Shown: positions 38,841-50,065 of the stretch, one piece after another | Layout of the letters: each line of letters starts with the position of its first letter | Numbering within the stretch: the first letter of the stretch is position 1 | DNA from: Bdellovibrionota bacterium | GTDB taxonomy: Bacteria > Bdellovibrionota_C > UBA2361 > JAAYZI01 | Assembly: GCA_050950765.1 (NCBI GenBank) | Contig: JBMNIF010000001.1 | Coordinates: 448,001 to 512,000 of the forward strand | Direction of reading: 5' to 3' | Length of the DNA stretch: 64,000 nt | Program-made: the position numbers and the translations under genes | Notes under the pieces: model-generated | What the model saw: only the letters and a program-made list of their open reading frames with translations | The model's database searches: none | What the model was told of the DNA's origin: nothing

Positions 38841-39656
38841 TTAGGTATTCTCCACATCTATCAACGTGGTGATGGATGTGGACTCAAGAGATCCTGCCGA
38901 TTGCAACGCTTCTAACGGAGAGTGACTGATTCGACTCCCTGTTTCCAGCGCTAAATTAAGAGCATCATCAAGCTCCCTGATTGAAACTTGAGAGGCTTCT
39001 GAATTTTGAGCTGCTACATCATGCGCATCTATAATCTCTTTGACCTGACTTGCCGCTTCTGTAACCGTTTTTTGCAGAGTTTCAATCCTTTGCTGCGCTC
39101 TGGCGACAGAGGTTCGAACATTTACGATATTCTCTCTCATGTCGAGTTTTATCTCGCCGATATCAAAGGTTGAACCGTCTTCAGCGGGGATAATATCATC
39201 CAATGTTCTACCTAATTTCTCTTCAATTTCAGCCCTGATCTCATCAGCCGGTAGGGGACGGATCGATTTTGAAGAATCTTGAGCTTTGCGTTTTATCTCA
39301 GCTGCAAGATCGTTAGCCTCTGCTTCTAAAATCTCTCGTCTCTCTTGAGAGACATCACCACTTTCAACCTGTTCAGCTATGCCATCAATACTCTTTACCA
39401 AGCGTCCGATCTCGGCAGTCGCTTCTTGAACAAGATTGATAGTACTGATGATGGAGTTTGCTTTGTTGCGCGCGTCGTTGGTTTTCTTAGTACGAGAATT
39501 GCCGTCTACATCCAGCTTAACAGCTTCAGGAGTTCGGCAGGCTATGGAATTGGTAAGGCTACCGATACGACGTTGCCGAGTCAAAGATGTCTCCCTTATC
39601 TCAGGACCGGCGGATCGATTAGAGAACTCTATTTCCTTGAATTCTTTTACATCCAT
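38841..39656 (-). CDS. divergent flagellin-like protein
   Basis: NKANSIISTINLVQEATAEI...ERREILEAEANDLAAEIKR and QNSEASQVSIRELD resemble flagellin D1/D0 helices; sigma28 promoter upstream. Confidence 0.6.
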   Translation of the reverse strand: MDVKEFKEIEFSNRSAGPEIRETSLTRQRRIGSLTNSIACRTPEAVKLDVDGNSRTKKTNDARNKANSIISTINLVQEATAEIGRLVKSIDGIAEQVESGDVSQERREILEAEANDLAAEIKRKAQDSSKSIRPLPADEIRAEIEEKLGRTLDDIIPAEDGSTFDIGEIKLDMRENIVNVRTSVARAQQRIETLQKTVTEAASQVKEIIDAHDVAAQNSEASQVSIRELDDALNLALETGSRISHSPLEALQSAGSLESTSITTLIDVENT

Positions 39657-39784
39657 TTTCTTTTACTATCCCTCTACCCAATCAATACAGATCGGAAAGG
39701 ATAGCCTCCTTTAAAAGATCTTCGTGGCGTTATTATGAAAATCATTTTCATAAATTACTGAAGATCATTTTCCACACGATGTTA

Positions 39785-39811
39785 TTATCGGCACTTTAGG
39801 CGTAGTCTTTA
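39785..39811 (-). promoter_or_regulatory. sigma28 (FliA)-type promoter
   Basis: minus strand TAAA-N15-GCCGATAA, an exact consensus match, ~130 bp upstream of the flagellin-like CDS. Confidence 0.75.
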
Positions 39812-40100
39812 GGGTTCTTTACTGATTTTCTAATAAAAAGTTATTTTTTTTATTGCGAGATAATTTTTTTGCACCTTTATCAGGAGGTAAAATAGAGGTG
39901 TAGTAGGTAAAATAAGGAAAAAGATAGGAACATAACTGCACAAGAACTATTGCTTTTCAAGGCTTAAGTGTCTAAAAGAGTCTTTGAAATTAAAAAATAT
40001 CGTAACTATAACAAACGGTTATTCTTAAAAGTCTTAATTTTAATACTGAAAAGATAAGGAACGGTTACAACGTTGCGCTAATTAAAGTTAAAAGGAAGTT

Positions 40101-41897
40101 ATGGATATAAAGCATAAAAAATTGCAGGAGTGGGTTTCTGAGATATCTGATCTGTGTGCTCCAGACCAGATCTATTACTGTGACGGCTCAAAAGAAGAGT
40201 ATAACGAGATGTTGGCTTTGATGGAAAAAACGGGAACTGCCCTCCGTCTTAGTCAAGAGAAACGCCCCAACTCGATCTATGTTCGTTCCGATCCTGCTGA
40301 TGTAGCTCGTGTGGAAGATAGAACTTTTATCTGTAGCGCTACGAAAGAAGAGGCGGGTCCTAATAACAACTGGGCAGATCCAGCAGAGATGAAGAGAACT
40401 CTATTAAGTCTTTTTAAAGGTTCAATGCGGGGGCGTACTATGTACGTTATTCCGTTTTCAATGGGACCTGTTGGATCACCTATTGCACAGATCGGAGTTG
40501 AAATTACAGACTCTCCTTACGTTGTAGCTAATATGCATATTATGACACGTGTCGGCACAGCAGTCTTGGAGTGTTTAGGATCTGATGGTGCTTTTGTAAA
40601 GTGTTTACACTCTGTAGGGTATCCGTTGGTGCTTGCTGATGGCTTAAGAAGAGACGATCTGGCTTGGCCGTGTAATGCAGATAATAAATATATCGCTCAT
40701 TTTCCTGAAACAAAGGAGATCTGGTCGTACGGATCAGGATACGGTGGTAACGCTCTACTCGGTAAGAAGTGTTTCGCTTTAAGGATCGCTTCTGTTATGG
40801 CGCGGGAACAGGGCTGGTTGGCCGAGCATATGTTGATAATGAAGGTAAGCAGCCCCGATGGTAAAGTAACGTATATTGCAGGTGCTTTCCCGTCTGCTTG
40901 TGGAAAAACAAACCTCGCCATGTTGAACCCCACCTTAAAAGGTTGGAAGGTAGAGACTATCGGTGATGATATCGCATGGATGAAGTTCGGATCTGATGGT
41001 CGTCTCTACGCTATCAATCCCGAAGCTGGTTTCTTTGGAGTAGCACCAGGGACAAACGATTGGAGCAATCCGAATGCGATGGCGACGATGCAGAAAAATA
41101 GCATCTTTACCAATACAGCTATGACTGATGATAACGATGTCTGGTGGGAAGATATGACAGAAGATCTCCCCGAACACTTAAAAAACTGGACGGGTGGAGA
41201 TTGGACCCCTGATTCAGATCTCCCTGCTGCACACCCGAATGCACGTTTTACGACACCGGCAGGGCAGTGCCCTGTAATTGCGAAAGAGTGGGAAGATCCG
41301 CGTGGAGTGCCTATTAGTGCGATCCTTTTCGGAGGGAGACGCGCCACAACGATCCCACTTGTTTCAGAGGCTTTCTCGTGGCAGCACGGAACATTTTTAG
41401 GTTCTATTATGAGTAGTGAAAAAACCGCTGCAGCAACGGGAAAGGTTGGGATGTTGCGAAGAGATCCGATGGCGATGTTGCCGTTCTGCGGTTACAATAT
41501 GGCTGATTATTGGGCGCATTGGTTAAAAATGGGGGAGAAAGGTGGCGCTAAGATGCCCAAGATCTTTTATGTTAATTGGTTTCGCAAGGATGCTGCTGGC
41601 AGGTTCTTATGGCCAGGCTTCGGCGATAATATACGTGTTATTAAATGGATTATAGAGCGTTGTAACGGCGAGGGGGAAGCTAAAGAGACACCACTCGGTT
41701 TTGTTCCAACTAAGGACGCTTTAGACCTGACAGGATTACACCTATCCGAGAGTAGCTTAGAAACGTTGCTTGATGTCGATGTCGATGATCTTTCAGATGA
41801 GATTGAAGATATCAATAAACACTATGCACAGTTCGGAGATAAAATTCCTGAAGTGTTGAAGGAAGAGTTTCAAAACTTAAAGAAGCAATGTCTATAA
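40101..41897 (+). CDS. pckG: phosphoenolpyruvate carboxykinase (GTP)
   Basis: [42 protein letters not shown] and HPNARF motifs. Confidence 0.98.
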   Translation: MDIKHKKLQEWVSEISDLCAPDQIYYCDGSKEEYNEMLALMEKTGTALRLSQEKRPNSIYVRSDPADVARVEDRTFICSATKEEAGPNNNWADPAEMKRTLLSLFKGSMRGRTMYVIPFSMGPVGSPIAQIGVEITDSPYVVANMHIMTRVGTAVLECLGSDGAFVKCLHSVGYPLVLADGLRRDDLAWPCNADNKYIAHFPETKEIWSYGSGYGGNALLGKKCFALRIASVMAREQGWLAEHMLIMKVSSPDGKVTYIAGAFPSACGKTNLAMLNPTLKGWKVETIGDDIAWMKFGSDGRLYAINPEAGFFGVAPGTNDWSNPNAMATMQKNSIFTNTAMTDDNDVWWEDMTEDLPEHLKNWTGGDWTPDSDLPAAHPNARFTTPAGQCPVIAKEWEDPRGVPISAILFGGRRATTIPLVSEAFSWQHGTFLGSIMSSEKTAAATGKVGMLRRDPMAMLPFCGYNMADYWAHWLKMGEKGGAKMPKIFYVNWFRKDAAGRFLWPGFGDNIRVIKWIIERCNGEGEAKETPLGFVPTKDALDLTGLHLSESSLETLLDVDVDDLSDEIEDINKHYAQFGDKIPEVLKEEFQNLKKQCL

Positions 41898-41979
41898 ACC
41901 GTTGGTGTGAGCGGTTTTTATTGAGTTGTTTTTATAATGCGCGCTACTATCTTGTTTGTTTAATAAAAAAATTAACCTA

Positions 41980-42807
41980 CTAAGATAAGATAGGGGTAAG
42001 CCCCTGCTTTTGCCCGTGCGGAGTGATAAACTCTTTAACAGTATCGGTGTAAGCTACAATAATCCTTGTCGGAGAGTCTTCTAAAGCAAAGAGACCACAC
42101 CCCGTCACACCAGGGAGGGTTAAGACTTCGCTATTAAAGTCCTGCGGGATTTCATCTTTAAACCTAACATCGATTATAAACTCACCCTCTCTGGAAAAGA
42201 GCGCACCGTAACACCCCGCTTTACCAGCTGTTACAGAAACAGGAAGTGTTAAATCTTTAGCTACTGCGGCACCACGTATGGAGGTTGTTGCGTTGAACTT
42301 TTTTTGAATCATGGCGCTAACAATCAATCTTGCCTCTGGCCTGACGTGTACAGGAACACCATAAACGAAAACCTTTCCCAGTTGATCTGACAACTTACTT
42401 TCATCAACAATAACTATAAACTCTCCACCGTTTCTTAGAGCTGCCCGTGCAGCATCTTTTTCAGCCAGCGCAGCTGCTCCACCACCTTTTATAACGGCAC
42501 CACTTTTAAGATTCACTTCATCTGCACCATCTACCACTACGCGTAAGCCGCAAGTTGGGATAGCAGGTAATACAGAGAGTTCCAATTCTTGACAGAGATC
42601 CGCTGTCGGAATCGATGTAACACAAACGGGACGGCTGGGGATTTCAGATCTTTTAAATGCTTCCGCCAGAAACTTGGTAAAGGGGTCTGCTGTGGAACCC
42701 GTACCCAATCCGATAATATCACTCGCTTTGGGTGCAAGTTTGATCACAATCTCAAGAGCTGCTTTTGCAGCCCGTTCTTTAGGGGATAGTATTGAATCTG
42801 AAGACAT
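41980..42807 (-). CDS. rpiA: ribose-5-phosphate isomerase A (divergent)
   Basis: GLGTGST, DGADEV and IKGGGAA..EK motifs. Confidence 0.92.
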   Translation of the reverse strand: MSSDSILSPKERAAKAALEIVIKLAPKASDIIGLGTGSTADPFTKFLAEAFKRSEIPSRPVCVTSIPTADLCQELELSVLPAIPTCGLRVVVDGADEVNLKSGAVIKGGGAAALAEKDAARAALRNGGEFIVIVDESKLSDQLGKVFVYGVPVHVRPEARLIVSAMIQKKFNATTSIRGAAVAKDLTLPVSVTAGKAGCYGALFSREGEFIIDVRFKDEIPQDFNSEVLTLPGVTGCGLFALEDSPTRIIVAYTDTVKEFITPHGQKQGLTPILS

Positions 42808-43166
42808 ATCTTTAAAATTTCTATAACTTTTGGAGGTTTTTTTTGCGTTTAATAAAAAGCACTACATCCTATAACTACAACCCATTACGATAAAATATTC
42901 AAGAATTTTTGAAGAGAGTTTTTGCCTGTATCGTTATATTTTATTAGGAGTCTCCCTATTAGAAGTGCGACGAGCGTTAGTGAGTATAAAAACCCATCTT
43001 AACTTATTATTAACATTAGATATCTTTACATTTTAGCGATATCGGTGCATACTTAAGCAGTTTTTATGCTGCAAGGAGTGAACCGGCGCACACGTAAGTT
43101 GTACCTGTTTATGCTGCAAAAAAATATAAGTGTAAACGGTTATCACAAAATAGGGGTGAATAGGTA

Positions 43167-43553
43167 ATGGCTAGAATTACAGTTGAAGATTGTCTTCGTA
43201 AAGAAAATAACAGATTTGCTTTGGTGGTTTTGGCGTCTAAACGTACAAAACAGTTGTTGAATGGTGCTAAGAGTTTGCTGCCTGAAGTGAAAAATAAACA
43301 GATCGTAACTTCTCTAAGAGAGATTGCAGCTGGTGTGGTGCGTTTTATGACTCAAGAAGAGTTGGAAGAAGCGAGAGCAGCAGAAAATAAAAAATTTATG
43401 GAACGCTCCGAACAGGTCACCTCTGCTGCGGTTGCTGCCGCTGATGAACTCTTTCTTACAGGTCAGAAGGATGATTTCTCTGATTTAGAGGCGGAGCTAG
43501 ACGCTATTGATCTTGAAGGTAGTGATGAGTTTGAAGAAGAAGATGATGCTTAA
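43167..43553 (+). CDS. rpoZ: RNA polymerase omega subunit with acidic tail
   Basis: [22 protein letters not shown] and LREIA. Confidence 0.96.
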   Translation: MARITVEDCLRKENNRFALVVLASKRTKQLLNGAKSLLPEVKNKQIVTSLREIAAGVVRFMTQEELEEARAAENKKFMERSEQVTSAAVAAADELFLTGQKDDFSDLEAELDAIDLEGSDEFEEEDDA

Positions 43554-43857
43554 GTTAAACATCAGTCATTGCTGAAAAGTTTTTAACTTATTTTGTTATC
43601 TCTGATCTCACAGTTTTTGATACCTGTTTCTTTTAAAGGAGTTGATTTTTAGCTGTTTTGTTTTTATCACGCTTATGTTGTTAGTGAATAATTAAACTAA
43701 TATTACCGAAGAGGTATTAGGTGTGTGGTGTTAAAGGTTAGAGCACGTAAGCAGGTGCAACTCTGTGTTACGCTTGTGTTAAAGCGGGAGTTCGAGCATC
43801 CTGTTTAGTGCTTTTTTTGTTTCTAGTCGAGCGTGTTTTTAAGGGGTCTTATTCGGT

Positions 43858-46035
43858 ATGCAGTTTGATGATATTATTACATCAATAAAATCTTATTATC
43901 CGAATCCGGATGTCGACCTTATCAGGAAGGCTTACGATTACGCTGAAAGTGTACATCGCGGGCAAGTTCGTGCCAGTGGGGAGCCTTATTTTATTCACTT
44001 AGTAGAAACAGCATATATCGTTACGCAGTTAAAACTTGATATCCCGTCAGTGATCGCAGCTTTACTACACGATACCATTGAAGACTGCGATGTTAGTAAA
44101 GAGTATATCTGCAAAGAATTTGGGCAAGATGTTGCGGATATTGTAGAGGGTGTAACGAACTTAACCCGTTTACAGTTCGGTTCTGTCGAAGAGAAACAGG
44201 CTGAAAGCTTTCGTAAAATGTTATTAGCAATGTCAAAAGATATTCGCGTAATCTTGGTGAAGATCTGTGACAGATTGCACAATATGCGGACGTTGCAACA
44301 CCTTTCTGAAGAAAAACAACGCCGCAAATCTCTTGAGACAAAAGAGATCTACGCTCCATTGGCAAATCGCTTAGGTTTGCACTGGATAAAGTCAGAGTTA
44401 GAGGATTATTGCCTCCTTTATCTTAGACCCGAACTTTTTTATGAAATAAAAAACACCTTAGATAAAACAGAACGTGAACGTGATGAGTATGCCAGAAAAA
44501 CTTCAGAGGAGATATCTAAGGTTTTAGAAGATGCTGGCATTACTGCAAAGGTTAAAGGGAGAGCCAAGCATTACTATTCAATTTGGCAGAAGATGGAGAA
44601 GCAAAACCTCTCCATCGAAGAGATCCATGATCTCTTAGGGTTTAGAATTATCGTTTCGACGGTGCGCATCTGTTATGAAACTTTAGGGGTGATCCATGCT
44701 GCGTGGAAGCCTGTGCCAGGACGCTTTAAAGACTACATCGCCATGCCGAAGCCGAATATGTATCAATCCCTGCATACCGTTGTGATAGGCCCTGAAGGAC
44801 AACGAATTGAAATTCAGGTGCGTACACATGAAATGGATCAGGTGGCAGAGGAGGGTATCGCAGCGCATTGGAGGTATAAAGAGGGGAACTCTGCTTCTGC
44901 TTTTAATCTGCACTGGGTTAAGGATTTAGTTGAGTCACAGCAGTATCTCAAAAATCCTGATGAATTTATGCAGTCAGTGAAAGGGGAGCTTTTTCCTGAA
45001 GAAGTTTTCGTCTTTACCCCTAAAGGCGATCTGATACGGTTACCATATAAATCAACGCCAGTTGATTTTGCTTATGCTGTGCACACTGATATCGGGCATA
45101 CTACTATCGGTGCACGAGTTAACGGATCTATCGTGCCGTTGAACTATATTTTACGTCACGGCGATACAATAGAGATTATAACTTCTAAAAATCAGGTGCC
45201 GAATAAAGATTGGTTGGGGTTTGTTAGCTCCAGCAAGGCACGTCAAAGGATCCGTTCATTCTTGAAATCTCAAGAGCATGCTAAGTCGATGGCGATCGGG
45301 ATGGAGATCTTGGCGAAAGATCTACGAAAAGTTAAGTACGGTTTGAAAAAACTTGAGAAATCTGGAGAGCTGCAAAGTATCGCAGAGACTTTTGGATTAA
45401 AATCGGAGGGTGATCTTTATGCCGAGATCGGTTATGGAAAGATCTCATCATCAAGGGTTGTTGGAAAACTCCTGCCAGAAGGGGTTGATGTTGAGGAAAA
45501 ACTAAATGCTCCCCCCAGTCCTTTACAAAGGATATTTCAGAAAGCTGTTGATGCTTCCCGTGATAAAGTTGGAGTTAAGGTTAGTGGTGCTGATGATATC
45601 TTAGTCAGATTTGCAAAGTGTTGTGAACCTCTCCCAGGTGATCGTATCGTTGGCTTTATAACACGTGGCAGAGGGGTGACGATCCATAATGTTAATTGTT
45701 CGCAAGTCTTAGGGTGTGATCCGCAAAGGTGTGTGGAAGTCAGATGGGATACAGAAGCTAAAGCTCCCAGACGCGTTAAGTTAGCAGTGCACTCTTTAGA
45801 TCAAAAGGGAATTTTGGCGAGTATAACAAAAACTATTAATGATAATGGAGGGGATATCAAAAGTGCGCAGATCAGGACTACCGAGTTCGGTAAAGCTGTG
45901 ATCGCCTTAGAGCTTGCTATTGAAAATGCAAGACAGTTGAATAAAATCAGGCGTGCTATTGAGATGATCTCCGGTGTTATTCGGGTGGAGAGGATTCACC
46001 ATTTTGATATGAACATGGATCATCTAAGTAGATGA
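43858..46035 (+). CDS. rel: bifunctional (p)ppGpp synthetase/hydrolase (RelA/SpoT)
   Basis: intact LHD hydrolase motif, RFKDYI, YQSLHT, TGS, CC (AKCCEP) and ACT domains. Confidence 0.97.
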   Translation: MQFDDIITSIKSYYPNPDVDLIRKAYDYAESVHRGQVRASGEPYFIHLVETAYIVTQLKLDIPSVIAALLHDTIEDCDVSKEYICKEFGQDVADIVEGVTNLTRLQFGSVEEKQAESFRKMLLAMSKDIRVILVKICDRLHNMRTLQHLSEEKQRRKSLETKEIYAPLANRLGLHWIKSELEDYCLLYLRPELFYEIKNTLDKTERERDEYARKTSEEISKVLEDAGITAKVKGRAKHYYSIWQKMEKQNLSIEEIHDLLGFRIIVSTVRICYETLGVIHAAWKPVPGRFKDYIAMPKPNMYQSLHTVVIGPEGQRIEIQVRTHEMDQVAEEGIAAHWRYKEGNSASAFNLHWVKDLVESQQYLKNPDEFMQSVKGELFPEEVFVFTPKGDLIRLPYKSTPVDFAYAVHTDIGHTTIGARVNGSIVPLNYILRHGDTIEIITSKNQVPNKDWLGFVSSSKARQRIRSFLKSQEHAKSMAIGMEILAKDLRKVKYGLKKLEKSGELQSIAETFGLKSEGDLYAEIGYGKISSSRVVGKLLPEGVDVEEKLNAPPSPLQRIFQKAVDASRDKVGVKVSGADDILVRFAKCCEPLPGDRIVGFITRGRGVTIHNVNCSQVLGCDPQRCVEVRWDTEAKAPRRVKLAVHSLDQKGILASITKTINDNGGDIKSAQIRTTEFGKAVIALELAIENARQLNKIRRAIEMISGVIRVERIHHFDMNMDHLSR

Positions 46036-46061
46036 GTACCGGCTTTATTATAGAGAGTTGA

Positions 46062-47153
46062 TTGATTATGCGAGTTTTATCTTTTTTTGTTGGGATCGTG
46101 CTAGCAATTCTTATTGGAGCTCTGTTAGGAGAATACGTTTCTCCTGATGCTGATTCACAAGTGGCGAGACGTTCAGTTGAAGAACAGTTGACGATAGATA
46201 TTTATAAATCAACCAACGAAGCGGTAGTGTTTATCTCAACTGTTACCTTAACTGTAGATCCTTTTGATTGGTTTTCCGAGATCCGTCCTAATCAAGGTGC
46301 AGGAACGGGAACGATCGTTGATGCTAAAAAAGGGATCGTTGTTACCAACTTACACGTTATTCAAAATGCACACGCCATTGAGATCTTACTAGGAGATGGT
46401 CAAGCTTATAAAGCAAAACTTCTCGGTTATGACAGGCAATATGATATTGCGGTGTTACAGATAAAAAATCCTCCCAAGCATTTAAAAAGCATCCCGTTCG
46501 GAGATTCTACAAAGTTGCAGATCGGGCAACGTGTTTTAGCTATCGGCAATCCGTTCGGATTGAATAGAACTCTTACAACCGGTATCGTCTCCAGCCTTGA
46601 TCGAACGGTAAAAACTCCAGCAGGTGCTTTAATGAAAGGCTTGATTCAAACTGATGCTGCGATAAATCCAGGTAACTCTGGAGGACCTCTGATCGATATG
46701 GATGGCAATTTAGTTGGTGTAAACTCTGCTATCTTAAGTCAATCGGGAGATTCAGCGGGGATCGGATTCGCTGTTCCGATGCATCAGATTCGTCGCATCT
46801 TACCGGAACTGATCGCAACAGGTAAGGTTTTACGACCTGATTTAGGCTGGGTGCTGGTCGATACCAATCAAGGTCCGATGGTGCGACGTGTAGTCGAGGG
46901 TGGTTCAGCGGCGTTAGCAGGGGTGATGCCTTTAGAGAGACCTGTCTCTAATGCCTTTGTTAAAGGTTATCTTAGAGATTTTGAAAAAGCAGACCTGATT
47001 TATAAAGTAAATGGAGTGCGTGTTTATTCTCGTAATGATGTTGAAGAGATTATCTCTCAAACAGAGGCAGGTTCTGAGATAACATTTACGTTGCGACGTG
47101 GTAGTGTGCGTGGATTCGAGCGAGAGCTTAAGATTAAGCCAAACTTATCATAG
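46062..47153 (+). CDS. HtrA/DegP-like S1C serine protease with PDZ domain
   Basis: TNLHVI, DIAVL, IGNPFG and QTDAAINPGNSGGPL motifs. Confidence 0.95.
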   Translation: MIMRVLSFFVGIVLAILIGALLGEYVSPDADSQVARRSVEEQLTIDIYKSTNEAVVFISTVTLTVDPFDWFSEIRPNQGAGTGTIVDAKKGIVVTNLHVIQNAHAIEILLGDGQAYKAKLLGYDRQYDIAVLQIKNPPKHLKSIPFGDSTKLQIGQRVLAIGNPFGLNRTLTTGIVSSLDRTVKTPAGALMKGLIQTDAAINPGNSGGPLIDMDGNLVGVNSAILSQSGDSAGIGFAVPMHQIRRILPELIATGKVLRPDLGWVLVDTNQGPMVRRVVEGGSAALAGVMPLERPVSNAFVKGYLRDFEKADLIYKVNGVRVYSRNDVEEIISQTEAGSEITFTLRRGSVRGFERELKIKPNLS

Positions 47154-47179
47154 CTTAAAGGTAGGTGTGTTTATTGTAG

Positions 47180-48967
47180 ATGAAGATTAATTTATTAGAC
47201 GATACCGTTATCAATCAGATCGCAGCAGGTGAAGTTGTCGAGCGACCTGCTTCTGTGGTGCGAGAATTGGTTGATAACAGTGTCGATGCTAAATCCACAC
47301 TTATAACGATATCTTTAGAAGATGGTGGCAAGCGTTTAATCAGAGTTGTAGATAACGGCTGTGGGATGTCGCGTGATGATGCTCGACTCGCTTGTGAGCG
47401 GCACGCTACATCTAAGATATTAAAAGCTGATGAATTAAGCACCATTCATACCTTAGGGTTTAGGGGAGAGGCGCTCTCATCTATCGCTGCAGTTTCGCGC
47501 TTAAAACTTATCACTAGAACGGCGGAAGATGATGCAGCAACAGAGATCTCGATAGATGGGGGGGTGTTGCGTTCTGTTAATATCGTAGCTGCTCCTGTGG
47601 GTACAGATCTACAAGTTGCAAACCTTTTTTTTAATACACCAGCGCGCAAAAAGTTTTTAAAACAAGCAGCAACTGAGACACAACGGGTTAAACAGTGGTT
47701 ACTACAATCTGCAATTTCACATCCGCAGATCCATTATCGTTTGGAAGTTGATGGAAAGAATACCTTAAACCTATCCCCGCAGCCCTCAATGATCGATCGT
47801 GCTAAGGGGATCTTTAAAGGGAGCTCCGTAACTTTTAATGAAGAGTTTGGTCCATTAAAGATATGTGGCTTGTTATGCCATCCTGCTATGGCGCAGGTGG
47901 ATACTAAAGCCCTAGTTGTTTTAATTAATCACCGTTTGGTTTTTGATAAGATTGTACTTAAAGCAGCGCGCGAAGGTTTCTCCTCAACATTAAAGGGTGC
48001 CGAATATCCTCTCGGTTTTATCAGTATTGAGATGCCTACAAGCGAAGTTGATGTCAATGTTCATCCGCAAAAAAGTGAAGTTAGATTTAGATCGGGTGGG
48101 GATGTTTTTATTGCAGTGCGCGAAGTGGTTCGACGTAGTGTGCAAGGATTTAGTGGCCCTGTGATTACTAATCAGAAAGGTTATGCTTTAGGCGCTACCT
48201 TTGAGGGAGGGGGGGGAGTGCAATCACCATATACGACGCCTCCTTTAACGGTTGCTACGAGCCCTACAATAAGTAGTGCGACTGAAACTTTCTCTAAAAG
48301 TCGTCAGCTACCCTTTATAGTTCAGAGCGAAGAGTTTGCACACTCTCTTTCTACCTTAGATCAAGAGGAAGATCTGCCGGAGTTATCTTTTAGTAAGTTA
48401 CGCTACATCGGTCAGACCTTATCGTGTTATCTGTTGTGTGATCTTGATGATGTTTTTTATGTTATTGATATGCACGCCGCACATGAGCGGTGTAACTATA
48501 ACAAGATTAGAAAAGCCTTTACTGATAGAGATGTGGAGAGTCAGTTAATGCTTATCCCGCAAAGTGTTGAGCTAACAGAAGTTGGTCTTGAGCAGTGTCT
48601 TAGTAGGAAAGAGGTCTTACGGCAGTTTGGTTTCGAAATAGAGAGGTTTGGTAATACCACACTCTTAATCCGCGCAGTTCCTCTAATGATCTCGGGTGCT
48701 AATCTGGATATACTTTTTAAAGAGATCGCTGCTTTAGAAGATGAGATGGGGTTAGGGGCTATTGATCGCTTGATAGATCATATCGCTGCTAGGATAGCGT
48801 GTCATGCCAGTCTCCGTTCAGGTGATAAGGTAACGCGAGAGGAAGTTTATGCTCTTTTTGCAGACCTTGATAATGAGCAATTTAATTCTGCCTGCCCGCA
48901 CGGCCGTCCTGTTATAACATCATTTAAGAAAGGTGAGATTGAAAGATGGTTTGGAAGAGATAGGTAG
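47180..48967 (+). CDS. mutL: DNA mismatch repair endonuclease MutL
   Basis: IAAGEVVERP, GFRGEAL, DVNVHP, DMHAAHE and CPHGRP motifs. Confidence 0.98.
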   Translation: MKINLLDDTVINQIAAGEVVERPASVVRELVDNSVDAKSTLITISLEDGGKRLIRVVDNGCGMSRDDARLACERHATSKILKADELSTIHTLGFRGEALSSIAAVSRLKLITRTAEDDAATEISIDGGVLRSVNIVAAPVGTDLQVANLFFNTPARKKFLKQAATETQRVKQWLLQSAISHPQIHYRLEVDGKNTLNLSPQPSMIDRAKGIFKGSSVTFNEEFGPLKICGLLCHPAMAQVDTKALVVLINHRLVFDKIVLKAAREGFSSTLKGAEYPLGFISIEMPTSEVDVNVHPQKSEVRFRSGGDVFIAVREVVRRSVQGFSGPVITNQKGYALGATFEGGGGVQSPYTTPPLTVATSPTISSATETFSKSRQLPFIVQSEEFAHSLSTLDQEEDLPELSFSKLRYIGQTLSCYLLCDLDDVFYVIDMHAAHERCNYNKIRKAFTDRDVESQLMLIPQSVELTEVGLEQCLSRKEVLRQFGFEIERFGNTTLLIRAVPLMISGANLDILFKEIAALEDEMGLGAIDRLIDHIAARIACHASLRSGDKVTREEVYALFADLDNEQFNSACPHGRPVITSFKKGEIERWFGRDR

Positions 48968-48972
48968 TAATA

Positions 48973-50019
48973 GTGATGAAAGATGCTCCTATTATAATCG
49001 TTTCAGGACCTACCGCTGCAGGGAAAACGGTTCTAGCATTACGCCTTGCTGAATATTTTGACGGTGAGATTATAAATGTAGATTCAGTTCAGATGTATAA
49101 AGAGTGCAATATCGGTTCTGCCAAACCAACTCTTTCGGAGATGCGAAATATTAAGCATCACCTCTTTGATCTCTGTACCCCTTCTGAAAAAAACAGCGCT
49201 GCTTCCTTTTTAAGGTCTGCAGATGTGGCTATCTCTGATATTGAAAAACGGGGGAAGGTTGTGATTGCTTGTGGTGGCACAACCCTCTATCTAAAGGCGT
49301 TGTTGTACGGTTTAGCTGATCTTCCTAAGGGAGATTCCGATCTTAGAAGTAATCTTGAAGAGCTTTCTAATGAAGATCTCTTTAAGGTTTTGCAAGAAAG
49401 GGATCCGTTATCTGCTGCAAAGCTACACCCAAACGATCGTAAACGTGTTATCCGTGCTCTTGAAGTTCAAACCTTGTACGGAGTTACTGCTTCAAAGCTG
49501 CAAGCGGAGCACGCCTTTTTGGAGTTACAACGTAGCGCCTTTACTATAATACCTTGCTATTCAAGAGAGGAGCTTTATAACCGTATTGATAAACGTACTC
49601 AAACTATGCTTGATAACGGTTTATTAGCTGAGGTGCAGGCGCTAATCCTTAAATATGGTGAAGATGCTCCTGTTCTTAATACAGTCGGATATGCAGAAGC
49701 GAAGGCTTATCTTTTAGGGGAGCTAAAGAAGGAAGAGCTAGCGCCTGCCATTGCTCAAGCAACTAGACGCTTGGCTAAAAGGCAACTAACCTTTTGGCGA
49801 AATGAACCGCAAAAAAGGGGGTGGTCAATTTTTATGAAAGAAGGTTCTCAAGGTTTAGTATCAACTAATAGTACGCCGCAAAGTAAAAGGGGTGTTCAGA
49901 AGGACTTTATCCCGCATCAGATATCTTTTTCAAACCTCTGCCGAGCGATCACTGATTTTAAAAATAAAAATGGAGACTACACTGTGCAGATTATTTTTTG
50001 TGCAGCAGATTATTTATAG
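48973..50019 (+). CDS. miaA: tRNA dimethylallyltransferase
   Basis: GPTAAGKT, DSVQMY, IGSAKP, GGTTLY and AKRQLT motifs; follows mutL. Confidence 0.96.
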   Translation: MMKDAPIIIVSGPTAAGKTVLALRLAEYFDGEIINVDSVQMYKECNIGSAKPTLSEMRNIKHHLFDLCTPSEKNSAASFLRSADVAISDIEKRGKVVIACGGTTLYLKALLYGLADLPKGDSDLRSNLEELSNEDLFKVLQERDPLSAAKLHPNDRKRVIRALEVQTLYGVTASKLQAEHAFLELQRSAFTIIPCYSREELYNRIDKRTQTMLDNGLLAEVQALILKYGEDAPVLNTVGYAEAKAYLLGELKKEELAPAIAQATRRLAKRQLTFWRNEPQKRGWSIFMKEGSQGLVSTNSTPQSKRGVQKDFIPHQISFSNLCRAITDFKNKNGDYTVQIIFCAADYL

Positions 50020-50065
50020 AAGCCTCCTTTATATAAAAACTACTGCACTCTCTTTCTCTATGTTG

